A stretch of 34,742 nucleotides of DNA from an uncultured Bacilli bacterium (GCA_947631365.1 CANRLB010000001.1:1-34742); one strand, 5' to 3'; positions 1-10,349 are shown, numbered from the stretch's first letter. Program-made: numbers and translations. Notes: a model not told the origin generated them from the sequence alone.

Positions 1-153
1 TATATTGATGGTATGTTTTTTATTTTGATCTTCATAATGCTTTAAAACAGTAGATTTACCGGCACCACTTTCGCCAAGCAAAAAAACACTTTTTAAGGAT
101 AGATCATTTAAATTTTCAATTATAGGTTTAATTGGTTTATAAATATCATTCAT
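1..153 (-). CDS. P-loop NTPase, N-terminal fragment (gene runs off the left edge of the window)
   Basis: Minus-strand ATG at 153, with an AAGGAAG Shine-Dalgarno (SD) sequence at 160-166. The translation MNDIYKPIKPIIENLNDLSLKSVFLLGESGAGKSTVLKHYEDQNKK carries a Walker A motif (GESGAGKST). It is absent from the ORF track because the window truncates it. Confidence 0.5.
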   Translation of the reverse strand, partial: MNDIYKPIKPIIENLNDLSLKSVFLLGESGAGKSTVLKHYEDQNKKHTINI

Positions 154-194
154 AAAAAACTTCCTTATTGGTGTATTATATATGAATTCATGAT

Positions 195-770
195 TTAATG
201 CAATAAGAAAGATAAATGTTTAAATAAAAAACTAGATAAAAAATACAGGAAGATATTTAAAATAAAGATAATAATTATATAAGATAAACTAGAAGTAAAA
301 TTTTGAATAACTTTTTCTTTTATAACAGTTTCATTTTTATAAATAATTAACCCTATTACATACCTACCAATATTAATAATTTTTTGAATAAATAAAAATA
401 TTAATAGAAAAGAAAGGCATTTATTAACAAGAAGAAAGAAAAGTAAATAGATAAGTCCTTTTATCTTAAAAGATGCTAAAAAAATACTAATTAAAAAACC
501 TATTGATACTCCCTCATAAAAAAGATAAAATAATGCTAAAGGGATTCCAATAACTAAAAAGGATGACACTAATAATATTGACATAATAATTAAGTCTTTA
601 AATATAGCATTATATTTAAAACTATCATAATTACTAATAATACTAATAATTCTGTTTTTAACATCAATACTTTGAGAAATATAATAAATTATTCCTACTA
701 TTAACCCAATTAATACGATACTCAACATAAAAATTAAATACTTTTTATTTTTTAATAAAGTCTTTTGCAT
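195..770 (-). CDS. spoIIM: Stage II sporulation protein M-like integral membrane protein
   Basis: 191 aa with about 5 TM segments. The size and the FYEGVSIGFLISIFL block resemble the B. subtilis SpoIIM FLKGIVVGFTVGFLV region. GGGAGGA SD. A sigma-E-like -10 (CATACTTT) lies at 817-824. Confidence 0.55.
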   Translation of the reverse strand: MQKTLLKNKKYLIFMLSIVLIGLIVGIIYYISQSIDVKNRIISIISNYDSFKYNAIFKDLIIMSILLVSSFLVIGIPLALFYLFYEGVSIGFLISIFLASFKIKGLIYLLFFLLVNKCLSFLLIFLFIQKIINIGRYVIGLIIYKNETVIKEKVIQNFTSSLSYIIIIFILNIFLYFLSSFLFKHLSFLLH

Positions 771-853
771 AGTATCCTCCCTTAAAGATTATGCAAAAAA
801 GCTTTTAAAAATGAATAAAGTATGATATATTTTTAATTGTTGAAGGGATGTAT

Positions 854-955
854 ATGAAAAAGAAAACAAGAAAATTAGTAGTTTGGATTATGTTAATTCT
901 AATGGTATTAAGTGTAATCGCCGCTATTTTAGCTTATATTATTGCGGTTCTTTAA
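854..955 (+). CDS. 33-aa single-TM small protein (DUF4044-like pattern)
   Basis: Not in the ORF track. GAAGGG SD lies 6 nt before the ATG at 854. MKKKTRKLVVWIMLILMVLSVIAAILAYIIAVL has a basic N-terminus followed by one TM, as in small Firmicute DUF4044 proteins. Confidence 0.45.
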   Translation: MKKKTRKLVVWIMLILMVLSVIAAILAYIIAVL

Positions 956-1713
956 AAAAATACTAACAAATTATAAAATTTATCATAGAAAACGAACATA
1001 ATAACCAATGAAGCAATTAAAAATGGACCATAAGGAAGTTCATTTTTTTTATTTAAATGTAAACTAGCAATTGCATATGGCAAAGCTAAAAAAGCTGCAA
1101 AAATTAAACAGATTAATCCCATTTCATAACCTATAATCGGATATCCTAAAGTTAAACCAATTAAAAATGCTAGTTTAATATCGCCACCACCAAGAGATTC
1201 TTTTTTAAACAAAAAATCTCCTAAAAGTTTAATTAAATACATTGTAAAAAATAAGCAAATTCCAAAAATAACTGCCCATAAAGTATTTTTAAAACCTATT
1301 TCAAAATATTTTAAAATAATTATTAAAAAACTACTAATAATTATGGTAGAATCTAAAATAATCATATATTTAAAATCAGTAATAAATATTATAATGGCAC
1401 TCGATACTAAAACTAAATAAATGTAATAATTTATATTTAGACCAAAATATAAATATCCAGTTAAAAATAATAATCCCGTTACTAACTCTATCAAAAAATA
1501 TAATAAGTTTATTTTTTGGTGACAATGATGACATTTTCCTTTAAAAATAATAAAAGATAAAAGAGGTATTAATTCATACCAGGCTAATTTTTCATGACAA
1601 TTATCACATTTACTTCTTCCTAATATACTTTCATTTAAGAAAAGACGCGTACTTAAACAAAGATAAAATGAACCCATTATAGTACCAATTATAAAAATTA
1701 ATAAATATATCAT
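952..1713 (-). CDS. pilD: Prepilin peptidase / N-methyltransferase (A24 family)
   Basis: N-terminal CxxC...CxxC motif (CDNCHEKL...CHHCHQKI). Both aspartate boxes are present (ITDFKYMIILD and GGGDIKL). Polytopic membrane protein. Its ATG overlaps the pilC stop (ATGA). Confidence 0.9.
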   Translation of the reverse strand: MIYLLIFIIGTIMGSFYLCLSTRLFLNESILGRSKCDNCHEKLAWYELIPLLSFIIFKGKCHHCHQKINLLYFLIELVTGLLFLTGYLYFGLNINYYIYLVLVSSAIIIFITDFKYMIILDSTIIISSFLIIILKYFEIGFKNTLWAVIFGICLFFTMYLIKLLGDFLFKKESLGGGDIKLAFLIGLTLGYPIIGYEMGLICLIFAAFLALPYAIASLHLNKKNELPYGPFLIASLVIMFVFYDKFYNLLVFF

Positions 1714-3176
1714 TCCATCATCTCTCCATACATTTCAAACATTGGGACTACTACGGCAATTAATATGCCTCCAACAACTAAAGCTAAAAATGCAATTAAC
1801 ATTGGTTCTATCAAAGTTTTGAGATTTTTAACAATACTTTTATGTAAGCTTTGATAATAAATGCTTATCCTTTCCATCATTTCAGCTAACTCACCCGTTG
1901 ATTCGCCAGTTGTAATCATAAAATAACATACTTCAGGAACAGCCCAGTGATCTTTAAAAGCCGTAGATATTTTTTCGCCTTTAGTAACATTATCATAAGT
2001 TTTTAAAAGGACTTCTTTATAAACTTCATTATTAGTAATTTTACTTAAAATATCCATACTATCTGTAATAAAAACATTATTTTTTAAAAGAGAAGCAAAG
2101 GTCTTAGTAATTATAGCCAGTTCATTATAAATAATTATATTTTTTATAACAGGTAAATGCATTAAAATAGTTTGAATAAATTTTTTAAAAGTTCTACTAT
2201 TTTTATAAAAAATAATAAATAATATCACCATAATAATAATTGTGAATAAGAAATTTAAAATATTTTGTTCAAAATAGGAGCTTAAATTAATAACAAATTG
2301 CGTAAAAGAATTAAGTTCCATATTACTAGAATTATAAGTCTTAACAAATTCAGGAATAATAAAAGTCAAAATAAAAATTATAACTCCCAAAGCAAAAACA
2401 CTAACAATTGCAGGATAGGTTAAAGCATTTATGGTATCACGTCTTGTTTCATCTATTTCTTTATAATAATTTGCTAAATCTTTTAAAGTTTCAATCAAAG
2501 TACCACTTGTTTCACTAGCTTTTACCATATTAATAAATAAAGGGGGAAACATATCATCTAGTTTAGATAAAGCAGTAGAAAATGATGATCCTAAAGATAT
2601 TTCAAAAGATAAAGTTTTGAAAACTTTTTTTAAATTATTCCCTTTCATTTGTCTTCCTAATATTTTAAGAGCATCATTTAAAGGTAATCCTGATTCTAAA
2701 TAGGTTGATAACTGAGTTAAGAAAAAAACTAAATCTTTGGGTTTTAAATGATTACTTCCAATATCGGTATTTAATATATTAATTAATGAACTAGTTTTAA
2801 TACTATAAACGGTATAGCCTTCATTTATTAAAAAAGAATTAATATCTAATTTACTATAACCTTTCATTTTTCCTTTTTTAATTTTACCATCTTTTCCTCG
2901 AACTTTATAATAATAAGTATTAATTTTTTTACTTCTAGTGGCTCCTTCTGTTTTTAAATCTTCCATTAATTCTTCATATTCTTGATTTAATTTAATTAAT
3001 TTTTTAGGGCTATAATTATATTTCTTTTTACTTTTTTCCTTTAAAAATAATTTTTTTAGGGGTATAATTGTACATACTTTAAGGCCTAGAATTGCATAGG
3101 AAAAAATAGAGATAATGACATTTAAAATATTATCTAGAAAATTAAAAATAAAATTTTTATTTTGATTATTCTCCAT
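1710..3176 (-). CDS. pilC: Type IV pilus / T2SS platform protein (GspF/PilC family) with an N-terminal extension
   Basis: Two GspF-type repeats and three C-terminal-type TM segments. The canonical N-terminal start (YYYKVRGKDGKIKKGKMKGYS...) begins only near residue 87. Confidence 0.9.
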   Translation of the reverse strand: MENNQNKNFIFNFLDNILNVIISIFSYAILGLKVCTIIPLKKLFLKEKSKKKYNYSPKKLIKLNQEYEELMEDLKTEGATRSKKINTYYYKVRGKDGKIKKGKMKGYSKLDINSFLINEGYTVYSIKTSSLINILNTDIGSNHLKPKDLVFFLTQLSTYLESGLPLNDALKILGRQMKGNNLKKVFKTLSFEISLGSSFSTALSKLDDMFPPLFINMVKASETSGTLIETLKDLANYYKEIDETRRDTINALTYPAIVSVFALGVIIFILTFIIPEFVKTYNSSNMELNSFTQFVINLSSYFEQNILNFLFTIIIMVILFIIFYKNSRTFKKFIQTILMHLPVIKNIIIYNELAIITKTFASLLKNNVFITDSMDILSKITNNEVYKEVLLKTYDNVTKGEKISTAFKDHWAVPEVCYFMITTGESTGELAEMMERISIYYQSLHKSIVKNLKTLIEPMLIAFLALVVGGILIAVVVPMFEMYGEMME

Positions 3177-3316
3177 ATATTCCCTTTACTCTTATTCTTC
3201 TTAAATTATATCATAAAGGAAATTTAAAAGAAAGAATAATTATTAAGTAGTGATCTTTTTATAACATATTAGACAATTAAGAAAAAAAATTGCATAAAAT
3301 ATTATAGGTGGTTTAG

Positions 3317-3604
3317 ATGTTTGGACCAAGACTTGGGGGAGGTTTATCTTTAACAAGAGTTATTGGAGGTATCTCTAAGACCTTAAATGTGGTAAATCAA
3401 GTAATCCCTTTATACAAAGAAGCTAAGCCTTTAGTAAATAATGCCAGAAATGCCATTAATTTACTTAAAGATATTAGTAAAACTACTACAAAAAGAGTAA
3501 TTGAGAATACTAATAAAAATATTGGACCAATTAAAGAAAAAATGCAAAATATTACAAATATAAGTAATATTTCTAGTGAAAAAGGACCTACTTTTTTTCA
3601 ATAA
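3317..3604 (+). CDS. YqfQ/VrrA-like small protein
   Basis: AGGTGG SD. The glycine-rich N-terminus and the VNQVIPLYKEAKPLVNN block resemble B. subtilis YqfQ, which also lies near trmK and sigA. Confidence 0.45.
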   Translation: MFGPRLGGGLSLTRVIGGISKTLNVVNQVIPLYKEAKPLVNNARNAINLLKDISKTTTKRVIENTNKNIGPIKEKMQNITNISNISSEKGPTFFQ

Positions 3605-4208
3605 GTCCTTTTAGTTCCCAACATTCTTTTATTAGAACTATTTTTTTTAACCAAGGTACTTTTTTGAGTATCTTTTTTCTTTCATTTAATAAATATCTAT
3701 AGTATTCTTCATTATTAGAAATACCGTAAAGAAGTTCTTGACGATTTAATTTTTGAAAAGATTTGATACATAATAAAATTATATAAAAATGATTATTTTC
3801 CAAAACGGCATCTTCTGATACTATTTTATACCCTATTTCATTTAACTTTTTACGAAGTAAATAATAATTATTATTACTGGCAATAATTAATTTTTCGGGA
3901 GCTAAAGGATGATTTAAAATATTTAAAATGGTATGGGTTCCCATCCCAGCAATTATTGCAGTATTAAACTTAACAGGAATATTTTTAAAACCATCGCTTA
4001 AAAAAGTTTTTATTTTAACATGATTTTTTTTAAAGTTGTTTTGAGCTATTTCTAAGGCTTTGGAAGATATTTCACTGGCATAAACTTCTTTACATAATTT
4101 ATTTTTCTTAAGTAATATACTTAAATAACCATGATCACAGCCAACATCTAAAACAATATCATTTAATCCTATTTTACTTGCTATTTTATTTAATCTTTCA
4201 CTATTCAT
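3588..4208 (-). CDS. trmK: tRNA (adenine22-N1)-methyltransferase
   Basis: DVGCDHGYL and IIAGMGTHTI motifs. Conserved position directly downstream of sigA. Confidence 0.85.
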   Translation of the reverse strand: MNSERLNKIASKIGLNDIVLDVGCDHGYLSILLKKNKLCKEVYASEISSKALEIAQNNFKKNHVKIKTFLSDGFKNIPVKFNTAIIAGMGTHTILNILNHPLAPEKLIIASNNNYYLLRKKLNEIGYKIVSEDAVLENNHFYIILLCIKSFQKLNRQELLYGISNNEEYYRYLLNERKKILKKVPWLKKIVLIKECWELKGLIEKK

Positions 4209-4209
4209 A

Positions 4210-5316
4210 TTAATTATTTAAAAAATCTTTTAATTTCTTGGCTCTAGATGGATGACGCAATTTTCTTAAAGCTTTAGCCTCTATTTGTCTAATTCTTTCC
4301 CTTGTAACATTAAAACGTTTACCAACATCTTCCAAAGTATGACAAGTTCCATCAGTTAAACCAAATCTAAGTTCAAGGACTTCTTGTTCCCTTGGTTGAA
4401 GAGTTTGTAATACTTCTTTTATTTCTTCTTTCAATATTTCATTTTCTGTATACTCTTCAGGTGAAAGTGAGCTTTCATCTTTAAGAAAATCTCCTAAATG
4501 AGAATCATCTTCTTCCCCAATTGGAGTTTCTAAAGATACTGGCTCTTGACTAATTTTAATAACTTCTCTTACTTTATCTACAGAAACGCCCATTTTTTTA
4601 GCAATTTCTTCTTCTGATGGTTCTCTATTTAATTCCAAAGTCATTTGTCTTTGAACCCTAACCATTTTATTAATAGTTTCTACCATATGAACTGGTACTC
4701 TTATAGTTCTTGCTTGATCTGCTAAAGCTCTCGTGATAGCTTGTCTTATCCACCAAGTAGCATAAGTAGAAAATTTATAACCTTTGTCATAATCAAATTT
4801 TTCAACTGCTTTCATTAAACCAATATTACCTTCTTGGATTAAATCAAGAAATAAAAGACCTCTACCTACATATCTTTTAGCAATGGACACAACAAGACGA
4901 AGATTACTTTCTGCCAAAATCCTTTTAGCATCTTCATCGCCATCAGCAATCCGCATAGATATATTCATTTCTTCTTCATTAGAAAGTAAACTAATACGGC
5001 CAATTTCTTTTAAATACATTCTAACTGGATCATTGATATTAACATCTTTAGTTAATTCTTCATCATCTAAAATCGTTGGTTCTTCATCTAAATGCATTAA
5101 ATCAGGGTTATCACCACCACTATTTTCGGCATCTTCTTCAGTTATAACAGTTATACCAGCATCAACAAAAGAATTATACAAATCATCTAATGTATCATTA
5201 TCAATTTCTAAACCTTTTAAAGATTCAGCTAATTCTTCAAAAGTAATATAACCTTTTTCTTCTCCCTTTTTTATTAATTCTTCTTTTCGTTCAGCAAACG
5301 TTTTAATTTCTAACAT
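4210..5316 (-). CDS. sigA: Primary RNA polymerase sigma factor
   Basis: Full regions 1.1 to 4.2, including the [14 protein letters not shown] and [18 protein letters not shown] motifs. Follows dnaG. Confidence 0.97.
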   Translation of the reverse strand: MLEIKTFAERKEELIKKGEEKGYITFEELAESLKGLEIDNDTLDDLYNSFVDAGITVITEEDAENSGGDNPDLMHLDEEPTILDDEELTKDVNINDPVRMYLKEIGRISLLSNEEEMNISMRIADGDEDAKRILAESNLRLVVSIAKRYVGRGLLFLDLIQEGNIGLMKAVEKFDYDKGYKFSTYATWWIRQAITRALADQARTIRVPVHMVETINKMVRVQRQMTLELNREPSEEEIAKKMGVSVDKVREVIKISQEPVSLETPIGEEDDSHLGDFLKDESSLSPEEYTENEILKEEIKEVLQTLQPREQEVLELRFGLTDGTCHTLEDVGKRFNVTRERIRQIEAKALRKLRHPSRAKKLKDFLNN

Positions 5317-5318
5317 TA

Positions 5319-7064
5319 TTACACTTCCTTTTTCTTATCTATTATTTTTTTGGCTAAATCAATTTGTTTATTAATATTTTCTATTTGCTCATTTATATCG
5401 GTAGATTTATTAATTTTTTCTCTTATTTCATTAATATTTTCTTTCATTAATATTTGATTTAAAATATTTAAATAATCCATAAAAGTATCTTCATCTAATT
5501 CTTCTAATGTCACATTTGATACAACATCTTTTACCCGATTAGTAATACTATCTACCCCTTCAGCATAACTTAAGAAGTCTGCTAAATTTATTTTACCAAA
5601 TAATCCAATATAATATTCAATTTCATTAACTAAATTTCTTTCATCAACATATTTTAAAAATCCTAATTTTTTATTAAATATTTTAATATATTTACTATCG
5701 CTCATTAAATAATACAGAATGTTATCTACACATACTTTATATTTATTTTTTTTAGCTTTTAATTGAGGAATTTCATCTTTTTTTATTTCCGTTTTAAAAT
5801 TGACTTCTTTTTTTAACATATCATAATCAAGATTATATTCATCGCTTATCTTTTTTAAAGTAATTTCTTTAGTTAAATTATCTGTAGAATCCAATAATTT
5901 TAAAACATCTTTTATATAACTAACTAATTCCATAGTATTAGTTAAATTTTTATTATTTTTTAAATACTCTAATTTATAATCAAGATAACTTTGACTATTT
6001 TTAATAGTGTCCACAAATGCTTCAATTCCATATGATACAATATATTCATCAGGATCTTTAGCTTTACTTAATCTTACAACTTTAATAGGCAAATTATTTT
6101 TAATGAGTTCATCACCAATATTATTGGTAGCAATTTCTCCCGCATTATCATTATCAAGCATTAAAATAATAGGTACTCTTAATTTTTTTAATATTTCTAT
6201 CTGCTCTTTAGTAATTGCTGTTCCCATTAAAGCTAAAACATTTTTAACGCCAGATGAATACATCCTAATCGCATCCATATTTCCTTCAACTAAAATAGCA
6301 CTTTTTTCTTCTCTTATATAAGGAAGAGCATTGTAATAGTTAAATATAATATGACCTTTTTTATAAATAGTTGTTTCCTTCGTATTGATATATTTAGCTG
6401 TATCTTCACCATGAAAGATCCGACCAGTAAAACCAACAGGTTCTCCATCTAGATTAGTTATAGGAATCATGATGCGGTTTTGAAATTTATCATAACCTGT
6501 TAGACCATCTTTATTTATAAGTCCTAATTCTTCTAACTTATCAATATTATAATTTTTTTTAGTTAAAACATTATATAAGTATTTATTATCATCTAAAGCA
6601 TAACCAATCTTAAATTCTTTAATAATGTCATTTGTAATATTTCTTTTAGCTAAATATTCTTTAGCTTCAAGGCCTTCTTTACTATTTAAATTATTTTGAT
6701 AAATACTAGTAGTAAAAGCCATTATTTCATAATCAAGTTTATATTTTTCATCATTCTTTCTAATGGGGGTGTAAGAAATAGGAATACCTACCATGTTTGC
6801 TACTTTAACAACCGCTTCAATGTAAGTTATATTTTCAAAATCTTTAACAAAATTAAAGACATTCCCACCTTTATTACAAACAAAACATTTAAATAATTGT
6901 CTTTCTTTAGAAACGGACATACTGGGCTTATGATCATCATGAAAGGGACAAACCCCAAAGTAGTTTTTGCCTTGCATTTTTAATGGAATATAATTTGAGA
7001 TAATACTAACAATATCAGCACTATTTCTTATTTCTTGAATTTTTTCTTCACTAATTGCTTGCAT
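5319..7064 (-). CDS. dnaG: DNA primase
   Basis: Zinc ribbon ([13 protein letters not shown]...[13 protein letters not shown]). TOPRIM motifs (VEGNMD, LDNDNAG). Confidence 0.95.
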   Translation of the reverse strand: MQAISEEKIQEIRNSADIVSIISNYIPLKMQGKNYFGVCPFHDDHKPSMSVSKERQLFKCFVCNKGGNVFNFVKDFENITYIEAVVKVANMVGIPISYTPIRKNDEKYKLDYEIMAFTTSIYQNNLNSKEGLEAKEYLAKRNITNDIIKEFKIGYALDDNKYLYNVLTKKNYNIDKLEELGLINKDGLTGYDKFQNRIMIPITNLDGEPVGFTGRIFHGEDTAKYINTKETTIYKKGHIIFNYYNALPYIREEKSAILVEGNMDAIRMYSSGVKNVLALMGTAITKEQIEILKKLRVPIILMLDNDNAGEIATNNIGDELIKNNLPIKVVRLSKAKDPDEYIVSYGIEAFVDTIKNSQSYLDYKLEYLKNNKNLTNTMELVSYIKDVLKLLDSTDNLTKEITLKKISDEYNLDYDMLKKEVNFKTEIKKDEIPQLKAKKNKYKVCVDNILYYLMSDSKYIKIFNKKLGFLKYVDERNLVNEIEYYIGLFGKINLADFLSYAEGVDSITNRVKDVVSNVTLEELDEDTFMDYLNILNQILMKENINEIREKINKSTDINEQIENINKQIDLAKKIIDKKKEV

Positions 7065-7271
7065 TTTTCCCCTCTAATAATATATATTGTCGCTTACACC
7101 CTGATTTCCTTTTTTTTCGTTAAATTTTTTTAAATTTTTGGCGTTTTTTTGAATTTAGCATATTAAGTTATTTAATTTCTTTTGATTCTTCAATAATAAA
7201 AACTCCCTTTTTAAAAACATTTATTTATTATAATAAAAAAAGCCTAAAAAGGCAATTAAAATTTGATGTAT

Positions 7272-8114
7272 TTAGTTATTTTTTTTTAAAGATAAATTAG
7301 CTAGTAAAGATACTAAAAAGATAGCTATATAAATACTAATTACTTCATTAAAGAGAATAGATATGATAAAAGTTAAAACCCCTATTACAATTCCCTCAAT
7401 TATTTGCCCCTTTATTTTATATGGTGAGTATTTAGGTAAAGGAGCAATAAAAATACTAGCAAAAATAAGTTCATTATTTAATAAAATAGCACTATTATTA
7501 GTAATTAGATAAAAAATAAAGGCTAGGAAAAGATAAGAAATATTAATAAATAAAGGCATATCTTTTTTATAATAATAAGAATTAATTAATAAAGTATAAG
7601 CTAATAAACTAAAAATAATACTTGTTGAAGATATTCCTCCAAGTGATCTTCCCATTAATAAGTCAAGAAAAGAAAAACTAAAAGAAAAACTGCTATCTAG
7701 AGGACTTTCATAAGTAAAACCTTTAAATAAAGAATTTATTAAAACAATAATTAAATAAATAAGACAAACTTTATTAAATTTAAATTTTGTTTCTAATAAA
7801 CTAGTAAGAAAATAAGTAAGTGACAAGGTAATAAAATAAACTAAGAAGTTAATATTATATGGCATAATCATACTTATTAAAATCATATATAAAAGATTAT
7901 AATTAAGGTTGATTTTTTTAGTAGTTATTAAATCAAAAGCAAACTTAACAATTAAACTAATAATAGTTAAATATAAAGGTTTAAAGATTAAATAAAATGG
8001 AATTAAATTTCTTTCATATAAAAGATAGCCGTTTTTAAAAAGACCATAAATAATTAATGGAGCCAAAAAGATAATATTAATTATAACTATATCTTTAGTT
8101 GTTTTCTTCTTCAT
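7272..8114 (-). CDS. RnfD/NqrB-like polytopic membrane protein (degenerate)
   Basis: GRSLGGISSTSIIFSLLAYTLLI matches the RnfD GxxGSxGETSxLxxLLGGxxLL block. The flavinylation-type TGAT motif is not seen. The start was placed at the ATG with an AAGGA SD, whereas the ORF track starts at 8123. Confidence 0.5.
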   Translation of the reverse strand: MKKKTTKDIVIINIIFLAPLIIYGLFKNGYLLYERNLIPFYLIFKPLYLTIISLIVKFAFDLITTKKINLNYNLLYMILISMIMPYNINFLVYFITLSLTYFLTSLLETKFKFNKVCLIYLIIVLINSLFKGFTYESPLDSSFSFSFSFLDLLMGRSLGGISSTSIIFSLLAYTLLINSYYYKKDMPLFINISYLFLAFIFYLITNNSAILLNNELIFASIFIAPLPKYSPYKIKGQIIEGIVIGVLTFIISILFNEVISIYIAIFLVSLLANLSLKKNN

Positions 8115-9240
8115 AAACACCATCCTTAACTACTTCTTTTAATTTTAAATTAGCAGGACATATATAACTACATAAACCACAACCTAAACATTTTTTACTT
8201 ATTCTTTTTTCAAAATAACATTTTTTAACATTAATATTAACGGGGCAAACTTTATAACACGCTCCACAATTAATACAATCACTTACTTCTTTTTTTACTG
8301 GTTTATTTATTATTATTGTATGAATTAAAGGAGAAATAATGACATCATCTATCTTATTTATTTGATAACCCATATAAAGACCATTTATATATATGTTATA
8401 ATTATTATCTTTAATTTCAATAAATTTATCAATTATTTCTTTTAATGGAGTGCCAATTCTTGTTTTAATAATTAAAGATTTGACAATGTTATTGCCACTT
8501 ATTGTGATTAGCTTATCGTTTAAAACTTTATTTTTAAATAAAGCATTATATAAAATTAAAATTTCATATGTATTAAAAATAAGTGTTTCATCTTTATTTA
8601 TATTTAAATAATCACATAGATAATTTGGATAGCTAATTAAATATTGATCAGGTAAAAGTTTCATTTTTATCTTAGGGTAAGTTCCTAAAATTGATTTTAC
8701 TTTTTTGATGCTTTCGCTATCAGTATTTTTAGTAACTATATAACCATTTTTAATAGTAAATAACTCGAGTAAATAATTAGTTGTAGTAATAATTTCAGTA
8801 TAATAATTAGATAAATACATATATTCATTAAATGAGTAGCATTCCTCATCTATCGCACAAATCACTATGTTTTTTAAATTAGTTATTTTCTTTATTTTAT
8901 CAATGATTACATTTAGATGAAATAAATCTAAATAATTTATTAAATCTTCTTTATTTTGAATAATTTTTTTTCTAATTTTATTTTTATAGTTTTCTTTAAA
9001 ATCATTAATTATTTGATAACAAAGAACATCTTCATTATTATATTTTTTTGTTTCTTCTTTAACTATTTGACCAGATATAGATGAAGCAACATTTGATATA
9101 TATGTATTTTTATAAATAAAATCGTTAATTTGATAATTATTATCTTTTGGTACATATATGCAAGTTGGATCAATAAAATCATTTATTTGATTTAAATAAT
9201 TTAATTCTTTATCTTTTAGTAATTTAATTAATTTTTTCAT
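8095..9240 (-). CDS. RnfC-like protein with a C-terminal 2x[4Fe-4S] ferredoxin module (degenerate N-terminal half)
   Basis: CINCGACYKVCP and CLGCGLCSYICP cluster motifs. RnfC-like blocks are SSISGQIV, ICAIDEECYSFNEY (compare NGAECEPYLTAD) and IKTRIGTPLKEII (compare RIGTP). The GMGGAxFPT nucleotide-binding motif is absent. Confidence 0.65.
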   Translation of the reverse strand: MKKLIKLLKDKELNYLNQINDFIDPTCIYVPKDNNYQINDFIYKNTYISNVASSISGQIVKEETKKYNNEDVLCYQIINDFKENYKNKIRKKIIQNKEDLINYLDLFHLNVIIDKIKKITNLKNIVICAIDEECYSFNEYMYLSNYYTEIITTTNYLLELFTIKNGYIVTKNTDSESIKKVKSILGTYPKIKMKLLPDQYLISYPNYLCDYLNINKDETLIFNTYEILILYNALFKNKVLNDKLITISGNNIVKSLIIKTRIGTPLKEIIDKFIEIKDNNYNIYINGLYMGYQINKIDDVIISPLIHTIIINKPVKKEVSDCINCGACYKVCPVNINVKKCYFEKRISKKCLGCGLCSYICPANLKLKEVVKDGVYEEENN

Positions 9241-9294
9241 ACTACATCACTTTTATTTATTTTAACATTAATTAGCTAAATTAAAAAGAAATAA

Positions 9295-10137
9295 TTATAA
9301 TTCTTTTTGAATCTTTATTATTTCTTCTTCACTTAATTTGGTAACTTTAGCTATTGTTTCTATAGGAAGTGTTCCTTCTTTTAATAATTCTTTAACTGTA
9401 TTAATTTGAGTTTCTTTTATTCCTGCTTCTTTAGCTAACTCTTTCCCTCTTTTAATAAGCCACTTTTGTTCATCTTCATATGATACTAATCTGGTTATTG
9501 TTCCATCTTCATTTAATTCAAACACTTTATCAATCGTCTCCTTTACTATAACCTCATGACATTTCTCTCTTATTTCCTCTAACTCTTCTTCATTGGCACT
9601 TAAAGTGACAAAATATATCTTTTCTTCATTTCCTTTGATAACTTCATCATACCACTTCTCTTTATACTTAGCAAGATTCACATTGATTATCTTAAAGTCT
9701 TCATAGTATATCTCTTTTTTCGTTTTATTATATAATACTATTTCTTCTTGTTCATAATAACTCTCATCTTCAAAATTTAAATTTATTTGAAGAACTTTCT
9801 TACTTATCTTTCCACCTCGCAGAAATCTTTGTGAAAATGCTGTTGTATAATAAGCTAAGTTTCTTTCTTTTATGGCATCATCAAAGTTTATATTTACTTC
9901 CAGATTTATTAAGCCACTTCTTATAGTATTAGCTAAGATATCTAATACTTGTACTTTTCCCTTAACATTAAAGATGGGTAGTTCACTTACTTCTAATCTT
10001 ACTATTTTTATTTCTTCTTTTAAGATATCTTCTAATAAATTATTTAAAAAACAATAATTATTTTTTTCATCTAAAAGAACTGTTTTAAAAACACGGTCGA
10101 TTTTGAGAGAATAGAATTTTCTTTTTACTTTAGTCAT
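9295..10137 (-). CDS. Rpn-family recombination-promoting nuclease / PD-(D/E)XK putative transposase
   Basis: N-terminal DRVFKTVL, VLDILANT....INLEVN PD-(D/E)XK-like core, and a C-terminal IAKVTKLSEEEIIKIQKE tail typical of the family. Confidence 0.65.
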   Translation of the reverse strand: MTKVKRKFYSLKIDRVFKTVLLDEKNNYCFLNNLLEDILKEEIKIVRLEVSELPIFNVKGKVQVLDILANTIRSGLINLEVNINFDDAIKERNLAYYTTAFSQRFLRGGKISKKVLQINLNFEDESYYEQEEIVLYNKTKKEIYYEDFKIINVNLAKYKEKWYDEVIKGNEEKIYFVTLSANEEELEEIREKCHEVIVKETIDKVFELNEDGTITRLVSYEDEQKWLIKRGKELAKEAGIKETQINTVKELLKEGTLPIETIAKVTKLSEEEIIKIQKEL

Positions 10138-10349
10138 TTTTTTCTCCTTTCTAGAAGAGTATCTTTTTCACCCTTCACTATTTATTTACGCTTTTTTTCT
10201 TTAATTTCCTTTTTATTTACTAAAATTTAGCAAAAATTTTTTTAAATAATAATTAAAGGAAAAAAGAAAAGATTCTAGGTAAAGGAATTAAAAGATTAGA
10301 AGACTTGTTTCTTTAAAAGAAAGGCCTAAATATTTTAGATAAATTTATA

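Noticed and set aside
7242-7253. A terminator after the RnfD-like gene (GCCT-tttt-AGGC plus a T run on the minus strand).
   Set aside because: The stem is only 4 bp, too weak to call.
9241-10260. Terminal inverted repeats flanking the Rpn gene: gctaaatt on the left flank and its complement on the right flank.
   Set aside because: It is only an 8-nt match in DNA that appears to be roughly three-quarters A+T, which is expected by chance.
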